DNA of 64,000 bases, from NCBI GenBank assembly GCA_963422645.2, contig CAXXVO010000007.1, forward strand, positions 1-64,000, in the 5' to 3' direction. Source of the DNA: Alphaproteobacteria bacterium. Lineage in GTDB: Bacteria > Pseudomonadota > Alphaproteobacteria > UBA828. Positions 42,202 through 51,915 of the stretch are shown here, piece after piece. A program made the translations under genes and the position numbers. Below the pieces are notes generated by a model. The model saw only the letters and a list, made by a program, of their open reading frames with translations, made no database searches and was not told the DNA's origin. Positions within the stretch are counted from its first letter, which is position 1. The number at the start of each line of letters is the position of its first letter.

Positions 42202-43707
42202 ATGAGCAATCCCGAGTCGCCGCGCGGCCCTTCGACGGGAGCAGCGCCCGAAACGCCCGCGCAGAAGATCGCCCGCCTGGAGGAGGAGAACGCCCGGCTT
42301 CGGGAGGAAAATGCCTGGCTTCGGCAGCAGAACGCGCGGCTGGAAGAGCAAGTCGCGCGTCTCGTCGAGCGCATCGAGGAGTTGGAGCGCCGTCTCGGCC
42401 TCAACAGCGGCAACAGCGGCAAGCCGCCTTCGAGCGATGGGCTGAGGAAGCCGAATTCGAAGCGGCGAACCCGAAGCCTGCGCGGCAAATCGGGCCGCAA
42501 GCCCGGTGGCCAGCCCGGCCACAAGGGCAAGACGCTGCGCCGCGCCGATCACCCGGATCGGGTGAAGGATCACGTCCCGGCTTCCTGCAAGGGATGCGGT
42601 TCGCCGCTTTCGGACGCGGCCAGGGCGGGAACGCCCGTCGCCCGCCAGGTGTTCGATCTGCCCGAGCCGAGCCCCCTGGAGGTGACCGAGCACCGGGCGC
42701 ATGCCAAGTGCTGCGGGCATTGCGGGACGGTGACCCGGGCGGCGTTCCCCGACGGGGTGTCGGCGCCGGTGCAGTACGGCCCGCGCATTGCCGGGGTGGC
42801 GGTCTACCTTCAGCACGCTCACTTCCTGCCGGAGGATCGGCTGTCGCAGGTGATGGCCGAGCTCTTCGGCGCGCCGGTGACGGCTGCGACGTTGGCGACG
42901 ATGAGCGAGAGGGCGGCCGAGCGGCTGCGGGACGCGGCCTTGCACATACAGGACCTGGCGGCGGGCACGGCGCGGGTGAAACACATGGACGAGACCGGCT
43001 TGCGGATCGGCGGTCAGACGCAGTGGCTTCATGTGATCTGCACGCCGCTGCTGGCGGCGTACCGGGTCAGCGGCAAGCGCGGCGCCCTGCTCTCGGGTGT
43101 CTCCGGCATCGTCGTGCACGATCACTGGAAGCCGTACTTCGCGATGGAAGGGGTGGAGCACGGCCTGTGCAACGCCCATCACCTGCGGGAGTTGCAGGCG
43201 CTGGTGGACATCGAAGGGGAGGCTTGGGCCCGGCGGATGCAGCAGCTCCTGCGCCGAGCCAATCGCGCCGCCCGCATCGCGCTGGACAAGGATATCGCCG
43301 TTCCGGCGAGGCTTGTGGCGCTGATCGAGCGCCGATACGACGAGATCATCGCCGATGCGCTGGCCTTTCACGAGAGCCAACCACCGTTCTCGCCTGGCAA
43401 GAGGAAGAAGCGCCGGAAGCGAAGGATCGGTCACAATCTGGCCTTGAGGCTGCGCGACCACAAATGCGCGGTGCTCCGGTTCCTGATCGACCTCGAGGTC
43501 GGGTTCACGAACAACGAGGCCGAGCGCGACCTTCGGATGATGAAGCTGCGCCAGAAGATCTCCGGGGGCTTCCGGTCCGCGCAGGGGGCCGAGAACTTCG
43601 CCATCCTGCGCAGCGTCATCACCACCGCCAGAAAGCAGGGCTGGAATATCATCGAAGCCCTGACCAGCCCATCGGATCGGCTCATCGCCACCGTCAAGTG
43701 CGCGTAA
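42202..43707 (+). CDS. IS66 family transposase, copy A5
   Basis: 501 aa, NSGNSGKPP variant. Confidence 0.95.
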   Translation: MSNPESPRGPSTGAAPETPAQKIARLEEENARLREENAWLRQQNARLEEQVARLVERIEELERRLGLNSGNSGKPPSSDGLRKPNSKRRTRSLRGKSGRKPGGQPGHKGKTLRRADHPDRVKDHVPASCKGCGSPLSDAARAGTPVARQVFDLPEPSPLEVTEHRAHAKCCGHCGTVTRAAFPDGVSAPVQYGPRIAGVAVYLQHAHFLPEDRLSQVMAELFGAPVTAATLATMSERAAERLRDAALHIQDLAAGTARVKHMDETGLRIGGQTQWLHVICTPLLAAYRVSGKRGALLSGVSGIVVHDHWKPYFAMEGVEHGLCNAHHLRELQALVDIEGEAWARRMQQLLRRANRAARIALDKDIAVPARLVALIERRYDEIIADALAFHESQPPFSPGKRKKRRKRRIGHNLALRLRDHKCAVLRFLIDLEVGFTNNEAERDLRMMKLRQKISGGFRSAQGAENFAILRSVITTARKQGWNIIEALTSPSDRLIATVKCA

Positions 43708-44749
43708 GCTCACCTGGCACGGGTTCTCCAACAGCGGAGCCATTCTCATAAACGATCATGGTCGACGCCGTGCTGGACCACCCCATAGAATGAAAATCGG
43801 TGCCCGTCGCGCGGGCGGACTTCGGGCCACATCGGGGTAGCTTACCGGTCGCAGTCCGCAAGAGGGGCATCGTGAGCTGTGAAACCCGGCGACCACAGAG
43901 GAGCACACGGGCGTCGCGTGGGTAGCGTTGTGCCGAATCCCAGAGAATTTTCACAGCAAGAACCTGGGCAGTTACACATTTACGTGGACGGCGACGCCGA
44001 GTCCGCCCGCGAGGTGCGCACGATGTTCGACGAGCAGGTGGCCTGGGCCGTCGACGAGGGCGTGGATTACATCGTCGCCGAGACCATCTCCTTCGTCGGC
44101 GAGGCCCTGCTCGCGCTTGAAGCGATCAAGGCGGCCGGCCAGACGGCAGTGATCAACCTCGCCGTCCACCGCGACCCGACCACGCGGGACGGATTGAGCC
44201 TGGCCGAGGCAGCCAAGCGCCTGGAAGACGCGGGCGCCGACGTGGTCGGGCTCAACTGCACGCGCGGCCCGGCCACCATGCTGCCGCTGCTCGGCCCCAT
44301 TCGCGAGGCGGTGAGCTGCCACGTCGCGGCGCTGCCGGTGGCCTACCGCACCACCGCCGAGCAACCCAGCTTCCAGGCCCTGGAGGATCCCGGCTGCGCC
44401 TGTCTGCCGCGGGAGCGGCCCTTCCCCACCGCGCTCGACCCCTTCACCGTCAATCGTTACGAGATCGAGAAATTCACCAGGGACGCGCAGGCGCTCGGCG
44501 TCAACTATCTCGGCGTCTGCTGCGGCGCGTCCCCCCACCACATCCGCAGCATGGCGGAGGCCCTCGGCCGGCACCCGCCGGGGAGCAGGTACTCGCCCGA
44601 CATGTCCACACACGCCTTCTACGGCACCTCGGACAAGGTCCCGTCCGAATACAAGGACTTCGCGAAGCACCTTTAGGAGGGGTCGGGCACCAGGGCTGCG
44701 GGAGACGCCGCACGCCCGCGTAACCATCGTGAACTGGGAGAACATGTCC

Positions 44750-45803
44750 ATGACTGACGCCGAAGCGTCTGGCGTATCGAGTCCTGACTTCGACGGTTGG
44801 GCCGGTCCTCTGCGCAGAGGGCTATCTGTTCGAGCTCGAGCGCAGCGGCTATGTCGCCGCCGGCCCCTATGTGCCCGAGGCAGTGCTGGAACACCCCGAT
44901 GCGGTGATCCGGCTGCACCGTGATTTCCTGCGCGCGGGCTCCGACGTGATGCTCGCTTTCACTTACTACGCACACCGGGAAAAGCTCAGGCTGATCGGCA
45001 AAGAGGGCGCACTGGAAGAGATCAACCGCACCGCGATCCGTCTTGCGCGGGAGGCGGCGCGGGAGGGCGACGCTCTGGTCGCCGGCAACGTCTGCAACTC
45101 CAACATCTACGTGGACGGCGAGACCGAGTCCGCGCGGCGGGTGCGTGCCATGTTCGACGAGCAAGTGGGCTGGGCCGTGGACGAGGGTGTGGACTTCATC
45201 GTTGCCGAAACGATCTCTTACGTCAGCGAGGCGCTGTTGGCGCTGGAGGCGATCAAGGAGGCAGGCCTGCCGGCGGTGATCAACCTCGCCATCTTCCGTG
45301 ACCCGCTGACGCGCGAAGGACTGACCCCGGCCGAGGCCTGCAAGCGCCTGGAGGATGCTGGCGCCGACGTTGTGGGACTCAACTGCGCGCGCGGCCCGGC
45401 CACCATGCTGCCCTTGCTCGGGGAAATCCGCGAAACGGTGAGCTGCCACGTCGCGGCGCTCCCGGTGGCCTACCGCACCACCGAGGACGAGCCGACCTTC
45501 CTGTCGCTCAGCGATTCCGAGTGCGTTTGCATACCGGAAGAACGCCCCTTCCCCACGGCGCTCGACCCCTTCACCTGCAACCGCTATGAGATTGCGGAAT
45601 TCACCAGAGACGCGCGGGCACTCGGCGTCAACTATCTTGGCGTCTGTTGCGGCGCGGCACCCCACCATATCCGCAGCATGGCGGAGGCGCTCGGCCGCCA
45701 GCCGCCGGCGAGCAAGTACTCGCCCGACATGACTCGGCACGCCTACTTGGGGACCGTCGACGAAATCCCGGCTGCGAACAGGTCGTTCGCCAGGTACTTG
45801 TAG
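44750..45803 (+). pseudogene. Second homocysteine S-methyltransferase paralog with an apparent 5' frameshift
   Basis: ATG 44750 (MTDA..., like the paralog) is out of frame with GPVLCAEGYLFE; that frame has a stop at 44751-44753. Confidence 0.7.
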
Positions 45804-45809
45804 CGCCGC

Positions 45810-47420
45810 TCAGCCGCCCACGCCGCCGTAGGCGACGCCCGAGAGGCGGGACATATCCTCTTTCCAGGTCACGAGGTCGTCGGGCGCGAGTTGGTTCAGG
45901 TGCGTGTGCCCGCAGGCGCGCGCCATGATCTTCATCAGCTCGACGCTCGCTTCGAAGAAGTTAGCAAGACGCCGCGCCGACTTCTCGATTTCGATCCGGG
46001 CGGTGAGATGCGGCTTCTGAGTCGCGATGCCGACCGGGCAGTTGTTGGTGTGGCAGGCGCGCATGCCGAGGCAGCCGATCGCCTGGATCGCGGCGTTGGA
46101 GACCGCGACCGCATCCGCGCCCAGCGCCAGCGCCTTGGCGAAATCGGCGGGCTTGCGCAGGCCCCCGGTGATCACCAGCGTCACGTCCTGGCGCTCGGAC
46201 GCATCTAGATGGCGCCGCGCGCGGGCGAGCGCTGGGATGGTCGGCACCGAGATGTTGTCGCGGAATATCAGCGGTGCCGCCCCCGTGCCGCCGCCGCGGC
46301 CGTCGAGAATGACGTAGTCGACCCCCACCTCGAGCGCGGCGTCGATGTCCTTCTCGATGTGCTGGGCTGAGAGCTTGTAGCCGATTGGGATGCCGCCGGT
46401 GTGGCTGCGTACCGCGTCGGCGAAGTCCTTCACCTGGCGCCAGTCGGTCCAGTCCGGGAAGCGCGGCGGTGAGACCGCGGGCGAGCCTTCCGGCAACCCC
46501 CGTACCTCGGCGATCTTGCCCCTCACCTTGTTTCCCGGCAGATGCCCGCCGGTTCCGGTCTTGGCGCCCTGGCCACCCTTGAAGTGGAAGGCTTGCACGT
46601 TCTCCAGCTTGTCCCACGAGAAGCCGAAGCGGCCTGAGGCATACTCGTAGAAGTAGCGGCTGCAGGCCTGCTGTTCCTCCGGCAGCATGCCGCCCTCGCC
46701 CGAGCAGATGCCGGTGCCGGAAAGCTCGGCGCCGCGCGAGAGAGAGACCTTGGCGGGCTCCGAAAGCGCCCCGAAACTCATGTCCGAAACCAGCAGCGGA
46801 ATTTCGAGGGTGAGCGGTTTCTGCGCGTTGGGGCCGACCACCACCTCGGTACCGACGGGCTCGTCGTCGAGGTGCGGCATGCGGTGGAGCTGCGCCGTGA
46901 TGAACTGGATGTCGTCCCAGCTCGGCAGGTCTTGGCGCGGCACGCCCATGGCCACGACCACGCCGTGATGGCCGGTCTTGGAGAGCCCGTCCCTGGCGTA
47001 ACCCTGGATCAGCCCGACGTGAGGCTCCTCCGGCGCGGGGTGGGTGTCGGCGTAAAGCCCGAGATAGTCGTCGCGCTTGAAGGGCTGCGGGTGCTCCTCC
47101 TGCCAGGCGCCGATCTCGTCCGCATCGACCAGAACCTGCCCGTCTTCGATCCAAGACGTGAACTTGGGCAGGACTTCCGCGTTGTTGTATTCGCTCACGC
47201 CGGTATCGAGGCGGTAGTCCCAATAATGGACGCCGCAGATCAGGTTTTCGCCATCGACGAACCCGTCGGCCATGAGCGCGCCCCGGTGCAGGCAGCGGCC
47301 GTAGAAGACCGAGACGTTGTCGTCGTAGCGCACCAGGCAAAGATCGACCTCGCCGACGAGGGCATAGGCCGGCTGGCGGTCTTCCAACTCGTCGAGCGTC
47401 TTGATTGCGATCTTGTTCAT
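45810..47420 (-). CDS. Rieske [2Fe-2S] domain fused to an FMN-binding glutamate-synthase-like domain
   Basis: CLHRG...CGVH; SDMSFGALS, SGEGG, GQGAKTGTGGHLPG, DGRGGGTGA, CLGMRACHTNNCPVG. Confidence 0.88.
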   Translation of the reverse strand: MNKIAIKTLDELEDRQPAYALVGEVDLCLVRYDDNVSVFYGRCLHRGALMADGFVDGENLICGVHYWDYRLDTGVSEYNNAEVLPKFTSWIEDGQVLVDADEIGAWQEEHPQPFKRDDYLGLYADTHPAPEEPHVGLIQGYARDGLSKTGHHGVVVAMGVPRQDLPSWDDIQFITAQLHRMPHLDDEPVGTEVVVGPNAQKPLTLEIPLLVSDMSFGALSEPAKVSLSRGAELSGTGICSGEGGMLPEEQQACSRYFYEYASGRFGFSWDKLENVQAFHFKGGQGAKTGTGGHLPGNKVRGKIAEVRGLPEGSPAVSPPRFPDWTDWRQVKDFADAVRSHTGGIPIGYKLSAQHIEKDIDAALEVGVDYVILDGRGGGTGAAPLIFRDNISVPTIPALARARRHLDASERQDVTLVITGGLRKPADFAKALALGADAVAVSNAAIQAIGCLGMRACHTNNCPVGIATQKPHLTARIEIEKSARRLANFFEASVELMKIMARACGHTHLNQLAPDDLVTWKEDMSRLSGVAYGGVGG

Positions 47421-47473
47421 GGAGACCCTGCCTTCCGCCACCGCGCGACCGCGCGGCGCGTCTCAATCGACCG

Positions 47474-47713
47474 TCACGAACCCTCGTCGGCAGCGGGCGT
47501 CTTGCGCTTGCACAGCAGGCGCTCGGTGTAGGTGGAGACGAGTTGCGCCACGCTGAGCAGGGCGAACACGCCCATGACGCCGACGAAGATGCCGAAGCCC
47601 GAAATCAGCGTGCCGCGAGTGCTGGCCTGCACCTCCAGATAGACCCAGTAGGAGGCATAGCCGAGCCCGGCAGTCACGATCGCACCGGCAATGATCCAGG
47701 CGAATTGCTTCAT
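47474..47713 (-). CDS. Small two-helix membrane protein
   Basis: Two hydrophobic segments; 3 nt from the upstream stop. Confidence 0.6.
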   Translation of the reverse strand: MKQFAWIIAGAIVTAGLGYASYWVYLEVQASTRGTLISGFGIFVGVMGVFALLSVAQLVSTYTERLLCKRKTPAADEGS

Positions 47714-47716
47714 CGC

Positions 47717-48505
47717 TCAGAACACCTTGGCCGCGTCGATATCGACCTTGAAGACCAGGAGATCGTCGAGGCGTTCGACCTCGCCTTCGAGCTGGAGGCG
47801 GACCGCCACATAGTCGCCAAAGTGGTCGGGGAGCGGCCCGCCATCCTCATTGGCCATGAGCAGGAAGGTCTCGCCCTCGACCGCGCCCTCCTCCGCCGTG
47901 ACGAAGATCGGCGGCGCGCCGGAGGAAATGCAGAGGTTGGCGCAGGCCTTGTGCGCGAGCCCGTCGCCCGGGCGCATGGCGCCCAGATGGCACTTGCTGT
48001 CGCAAATCTCGCCGATGAGGCGCCAGCGGCCGAGCGGTTCCGCGGGCACCGGAGTGAATTCGGGCGGCGGCTCGCCTTCGCCGGCCTCGACGGCTTTCAG
48101 GGAGTTCTTGCCCTGGACCTGCAGCATGTCGATGTCGCCGCGCTGGAACATGAAGCCCGTCACGTCGACGAGCTGGCCGAAGAGCTTGCGGCCGCGCCGC
48201 TTGACGCTGCGCTTGCCGGGCACGGTGAGCATGACCGTGCGTGCTTCGGGATTCTTCGCGTCGGCGCGCACGCGCAGGATCGGATAGGGATTCTCCACCA
48301 GAATCCCCGACATCTCCTGTTTTCCGAGCTTGCGGGCGAAGGTGCCGTCGCCTGGGTCATTCACGTTGGTGCCAAGGGCGAAGGCCAACCCCGCCATGCC
48401 GCCCACGAGCGCCGCGGCGACCACCACCAGGAAGATCGCGAGCGGACGCGGCACCGAGTTGAGGTAGCCGACGAAGAAGCCGGGATCCGGCAAGCGGCCT
48501 GCCAT
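47717..48505 (-). CDS. Membrane-anchored hypothetical protein with a Cys/His cluster
   Basis: N-terminal TM; GEICDSKCHLG...HKACANLCISSG. Confidence 0.75.
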   Translation of the reverse strand: MAGRLPDPGFFVGYLNSVPRPLAIFLVVVAAALVGGMAGLAFALGTNVNDPGDGTFARKLGKQEMSGILVENPYPILRVRADAKNPEARTVMLTVPGKRSVKRRGRKLFGQLVDVTGFMFQRGDIDMLQVQGKNSLKAVEAGEGEPPPEFTPVPAEPLGRWRLIGEICDSKCHLGAMRPGDGLAHKACANLCISSGAPPIFVTAEEGAVEGETFLLMANEDGGPLPDHFGDYVAVRLQLEGEVERLDDLLVFKVDIDAAKVF

Positions 48506-48506
48506 G

Positions 48507-49574
48507 TTACGCCTCCGTCACCCGCACGGGCTCGACATAGGTGCCGGGCTCATTCGCTCGGGGATCGAGCAGGATCCGCCTGCCGTCGAGCTTGAGCCGG
48601 TAGGTCGCGACCTTCTCGGTGAAGGGCGGTGGCGAGCAGCCGTCCTCGGGCCGGTACTGGAAGCCGTGCCACGGGCAGGTCACGCAGCCGTCCATGATCC
48701 GTCCCTCGCCGAGCGGTCCGTTCTGATGGGCGCAGACGTTGGCGAGCGCCGACAGCTTGTCGCCGTAGCGGAACACCGCAACGCGTTCGCCATGCTCCAG
48801 CGGCACCACGATGCCGCGCCCGTCCGCCACCGAATCCACGTCGCCGGCGACGACCCAGGGAGTCTCGTCGGTGCTTTCAGGGACGCTCTCCGCCGCGTTG
48901 CGGTCCTTCTGCCGCTCGATACGCCCGGCAACGAGGTGCAGGCCCGTCACCGCCACCACGCTCAAGCCCACGATGACGGCGAGCAGCGGGCTCTGCTTCG
49001 CCTGCAGGGAGCCGAGCGCCACATGGCAGACGATTGCCGCATAGGCGACGTAGACCGAGATGTGGATCGCCTTCCAGATCGGCGGAGTCAGGAACCTGAG
49101 CCAGAAGTCGTGACTCGTGGCCGCGAGCACCAGCAGCAGGAAGAGCGCGAAGATGCCGAAGGTCTCGAACGGAAAGCCGAGAAAGCGGTCGTAGCTCGTG
49201 TTGCTCGCCAGCACGGCGACGTATTTGTTCAGCGGGCTGAAGGAGTAATAGATGCTGACCACGTGCGTTGCGTGTGTGAAGGCGATGGCACACGTGATCA
49301 CGCCGAAATGGCGCCTGTTGTAGAGCAGCGGCAGGAAGCGCTGATCGAGGCGCGCGAGCGGTCCGATGCACAGGATGAAGGTGAGCATCAGGAAGGCGCA
49401 GGTGCCGAAGGCCTGCGCCCTGAGGATCGCCCCGCTGGTCGGCTTGGTGACGTCCTGGAAGCTCGGCGCAATCTTGATGAAGAGCAGGATGTAGGCGACG
49501 GCGGCGGCCAGCACCACGACGTCGTAAATGATCTTGTTGCGGTTCCAGCCGACCGGCGCGTAACGCACGCTCAT
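48507..49574 (-). CDS. Ferric-reductase/MsrQ-like heme-binding membrane domain fused to a Rieske domain
   Basis: RRHFGV, LAATSHD, WKAIHISVY; CAHQNGPL...CPWHG. Confidence 0.85.
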   Translation of the reverse strand: MSVRYAPVGWNRNKIIYDVVVLAAAVAYILLFIKIAPSFQDVTKPTSGAILRAQAFGTCAFLMLTFILCIGPLARLDQRFLPLLYNRRHFGVITCAIAFTHATHVVSIYYSFSPLNKYVAVLASNTSYDRFLGFPFETFGIFALFLLLVLAATSHDFWLRFLTPPIWKAIHISVYVAYAAIVCHVALGSLQAKQSPLLAVIVGLSVVAVTGLHLVAGRIERQKDRNAAESVPESTDETPWVVAGDVDSVADGRGIVVPLEHGERVAVFRYGDKLSALANVCAHQNGPLGEGRIMDGCVTCPWHGFQYRPEDGCSPPPFTEKVATYRLKLDGRRILLDPRANEPGTYVEPVRVTEA

Positions 49575-49589
49575 CGCTCAGCCGCCCCC

Positions 49590-49769
49590 TTACTCTTCCG
49601 CCCTAGCAGCGGGCGCCTCGGCCTGCGCCCCGGGCTTTTCGAGCTGGACGGCGGATTTCTCCGTCGGCCCGTGCTGGCGAATGGCAAGCGCCGCGATCAG
49701 CATCGCCGGCAGAAAGATCGCGAGCACCTTCCACATGTAGGCGTGGGTCTTGCGATGGCGGCGCTGCAT
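49590..49769 (-). CDS. Small membrane protein (59 aa, not in the ORF track)
   Basis: MQRRHRKTHAYMWKVLAIFLPAMLIAALAIRQ...; fills the gap in the operon. Confidence 0.6.
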   Translation of the reverse strand: MQRRHRKTHAYMWKVLAIFLPAMLIAALAIRQHGPTEKSAVQLEKPGAQAEAPAARAEE

Positions 49770-49782
49770 GACGACGAGCCGC

Positions 49783-49995
49783 TCAGCCGCGCTGCCGCTC
49801 AGCCGCGACCCAGCGGGCGATGACCAGCGGCCAGAGCACGATACAGCCGGGAATCAGCAGCGGGCGGAAGGCGTAGGAACGGCGCGCGCCCTCATCCACG
49901 CGCTCGATGCCATAGAGCAGGAACGCGGCCGCGACGGCGAGCCCGACGTAGCCGTAGTACTGGAGGACTTCGATGACGATTCGTGCCGCGTCCAC
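49783..49995 (-). CDS. Small membrane protein, first gene of the Rieske operon
   Basis: GGAGG RBS; two hydrophobic segments, FRPLLIPGCIVLWP. Confidence 0.65.
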   Translation of the reverse strand: MDAARIVIEVLQYYGYVGLAVAAAFLLYGIERVDEGARRSYAFRPLLIPGCIVLWPLVIARWVAAERQRG

Positions 49996-50421
49996 GCTCT
50001 ACCTCCTGGAAGAGCAGGAGCCGCTCTCGGCCCCCGTCGCATATCGCATGTCGTCGCCCAGCCCCTGCAACTCGGCGGGGCTGAACGATACGAACGATCG
50101 CGACGCGTGCCAACCCCGCAACGGATCAACGGCGATCAACATTGCGCGACCGACATAGCGGATATGCTGGGGTTCGGCCCTTACCGGCCCCTTTACCGTG
50201 CCGGGCGCCATGTCAGTCGCTCAGTCCCGCGAGCGCGGCGGTCTTGGTCGGATACACCGTAATAAGCCTGTCCACACCGCCTCCCGAGAAGACCGCAGCG
50301 ACGACGCCCTGCGGCGCGCAAACTGCCAGGCTGACGTCCCGGTCGCGCAAAACCCTGGTCGTGATCCGCAGCGCGCGAACGCCGACGTTGCCGATGTAGG
50401 CGAGCTGCTCGAAATCTAGGA

Positions 50422-51472
50422 ACCGCTTATGCACATGGCTCCGGTCGCGAGAGTTTGCCACCAGATGTTGAGGTTGAGGTTAGGGCGGGAGAACGGGTAG
50501 AATGTTGCCTATACGTTCCTGCCGACGGAGCCACCACATGAAACAGGTCGCCGACAGCCTCCTCGCCTTCCAGCACATGTTCCCGGACGATGACGCCTGC
50601 GCCGCCTGGCTGATCGAAATGCGCTGGCCGGACGGCTTCGTCTGTCCCGCGTGCGGCCATGAAAAGGGATGGGCGCTGCGCAGAAAAGCACACACCTTCG
50701 AGTGCGCCGGCTGCCGCCGGCAGACCTCGGTGACGGCCGGGACGATCCTGCACGCCAGCAAGCTGCCGCTCACCGTCTGGTTCTGGGCCGCCTACCTGAT
50801 GGCGACCCACTCCAACGGCATCTCTGCCCTGCAGCTCCAGAAACAGCTCGGTATCGGCTCTTACCGCAGCGCTTGGCTGCTCGCCCACAAGCTGCGCGCC
50901 AGCATGGTCGACCCCGAGCGCAACCCGTTGTCGGGCCTGGTGGAAATCGACGAGGCCAGCCTTCCATTCCGGACCAAAGACGATCCTCCCACCGGAGGGC
51001 AAGGACGCAGCCACGACGGCAAGATGCTCATCGTCGGCGCCATCGAACTGGGGGATGGAACCATCCCGGGCCGCCTGCGGCTGGCCGAAATCTCCTCCTA
51101 CGGCGCCGCCGACCTCGGACACTTCGTCGAAACCGCCGCCGATCCCGACGCCATCGCGAAAACCGACGGCTGGTCCGGCTACGCTGCGGTCCCCGCCGAT
51201 CGCCACAATGTCCATGTCGTCGGGAAGACCGCCGCTCACCTCGTCCTGCCGTGGATCCACCAAGTCTTCTCCAACCTCAAAGGATGGGCGCGAGGCGTCT
51301 ACCACGGGCTGCGCCGCAAGCATCTGCAGGCCTATCTCGATGAGTTCGCCTTTCGCTTCAACCGCCGCAAAACCCGCCACGCTGCTTTCCGCTCGCTCTT
51401 CCGCATCGCCACCAATGCAAAACCCCTTACCTACAGCATGTTGATCGAACCGGAGCCATGTGCATAAGCGGT
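50422..51472 (+). mobile_element. IS1595-family element (ISSod11-like ends)
   Basis: Perfect 24-bp IR ACCGCTTATGCACATGGCTCCGGT; 8-bp duplication ATCTAGGA at 50414-50421 and 51473-51480. Confidence 0.96.
50538..51467 (+). CDS. IS1595 family transposase
   Basis: RWPDGFVCPACG...CAGC zinc ribbon, VEIDE, TDGW, YLDEFAFRFNRR. Confidence 0.93.
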   Translation: MKQVADSLLAFQHMFPDDDACAAWLIEMRWPDGFVCPACGHEKGWALRRKAHTFECAGCRRQTSVTAGTILHASKLPLTVWFWAAYLMATHSNGISALQLQKQLGIGSYRSAWLLAHKLRASMVDPERNPLSGLVEIDEASLPFRTKDDPPTGGQGRSHDGKMLIVGAIELGDGTIPGRLRLAEISSYGAADLGHFVETAADPDAIAKTDGWSGYAAVPADRHNVHVVGKTAAHLVLPWIHQVFSNLKGWARGVYHGLRRKHLQAYLDEFAFRFNRRKTRHAAFRSLFRIATNAKPLTYSMLIEPEPCA

Positions 51473-51915
51473 ATCTAGGATTACGGCACGGTCGCCATTC
51501 TGAAGCGACGCAGTGATCGTCGACTCGAGCGCCTGCGCGTTGGCGGGCTCGATCCGCCCGCTCACGCGGGCGACCAGCACGCCATCCTGCCGCTCGATCG
51601 TCGCTTCCATTGTGCTCCTCCCCGTGAAGACGGCGCGCGCCTATAGCACGAGCGGAGGATTGCCCACCAGTCCGGACGAAGATGACCGAACCAACCGCCT
51701 GGGCTACCTGGTCTTCCGATGCGCTATCGGTCGTGCGTTGGCCGCGCCGGCTTCGGCGGCGAATGCGTCCTGGCATAGGGTCCGGGCCGACCGGCATAGC
51801 GGAAGGACTGGAATTCGGCCGTCACCAACCCCATGATAGAAACAGGCGGCGGTACCCTGTGGCCTGCCTGCGCCGCGGGACGAGGGGCAGGGGCACGACC
51901 GCAGAGGGCTGGGAG

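Larger units (their letters stand above)
39619..43975 (+). mobile_element. IS66 element A, copy 5; left end interrupted by MTase element B2
   Basis: IRL at 39619, IRR ends at 43975; flanks GCATTTAC and ACATTTAC (7/8). Confidence 0.95.
39253..44676 (+). pseudogene. Homocysteine S-methyltransferase (BHMT-like), split by nested IS elements (39253-39618 plus 43984-44676)
   Basis: CAEGYLFE...SNSSIY | VDGD...GLNC...GVCCG rejoin in frame when the IS and one target copy are removed. Confidence 0.92.
50213..51610 (-). pseudogene. STAS-domain anti-sigma-factor antagonist split by IS1595
   Basis: MEATIERQDGVLVARVSGRI...AVIL | DFEQLAYIGNVGVRAL... rejoin in frame. Confidence 0.9.

Noticed and set aside
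49999-50211. ORF or regulatory RNA upstream of the Rieske operon
   Set aside because: Only a short CAGCCC/GGGCTG hairpin and uninformative ORFs; not enough support.
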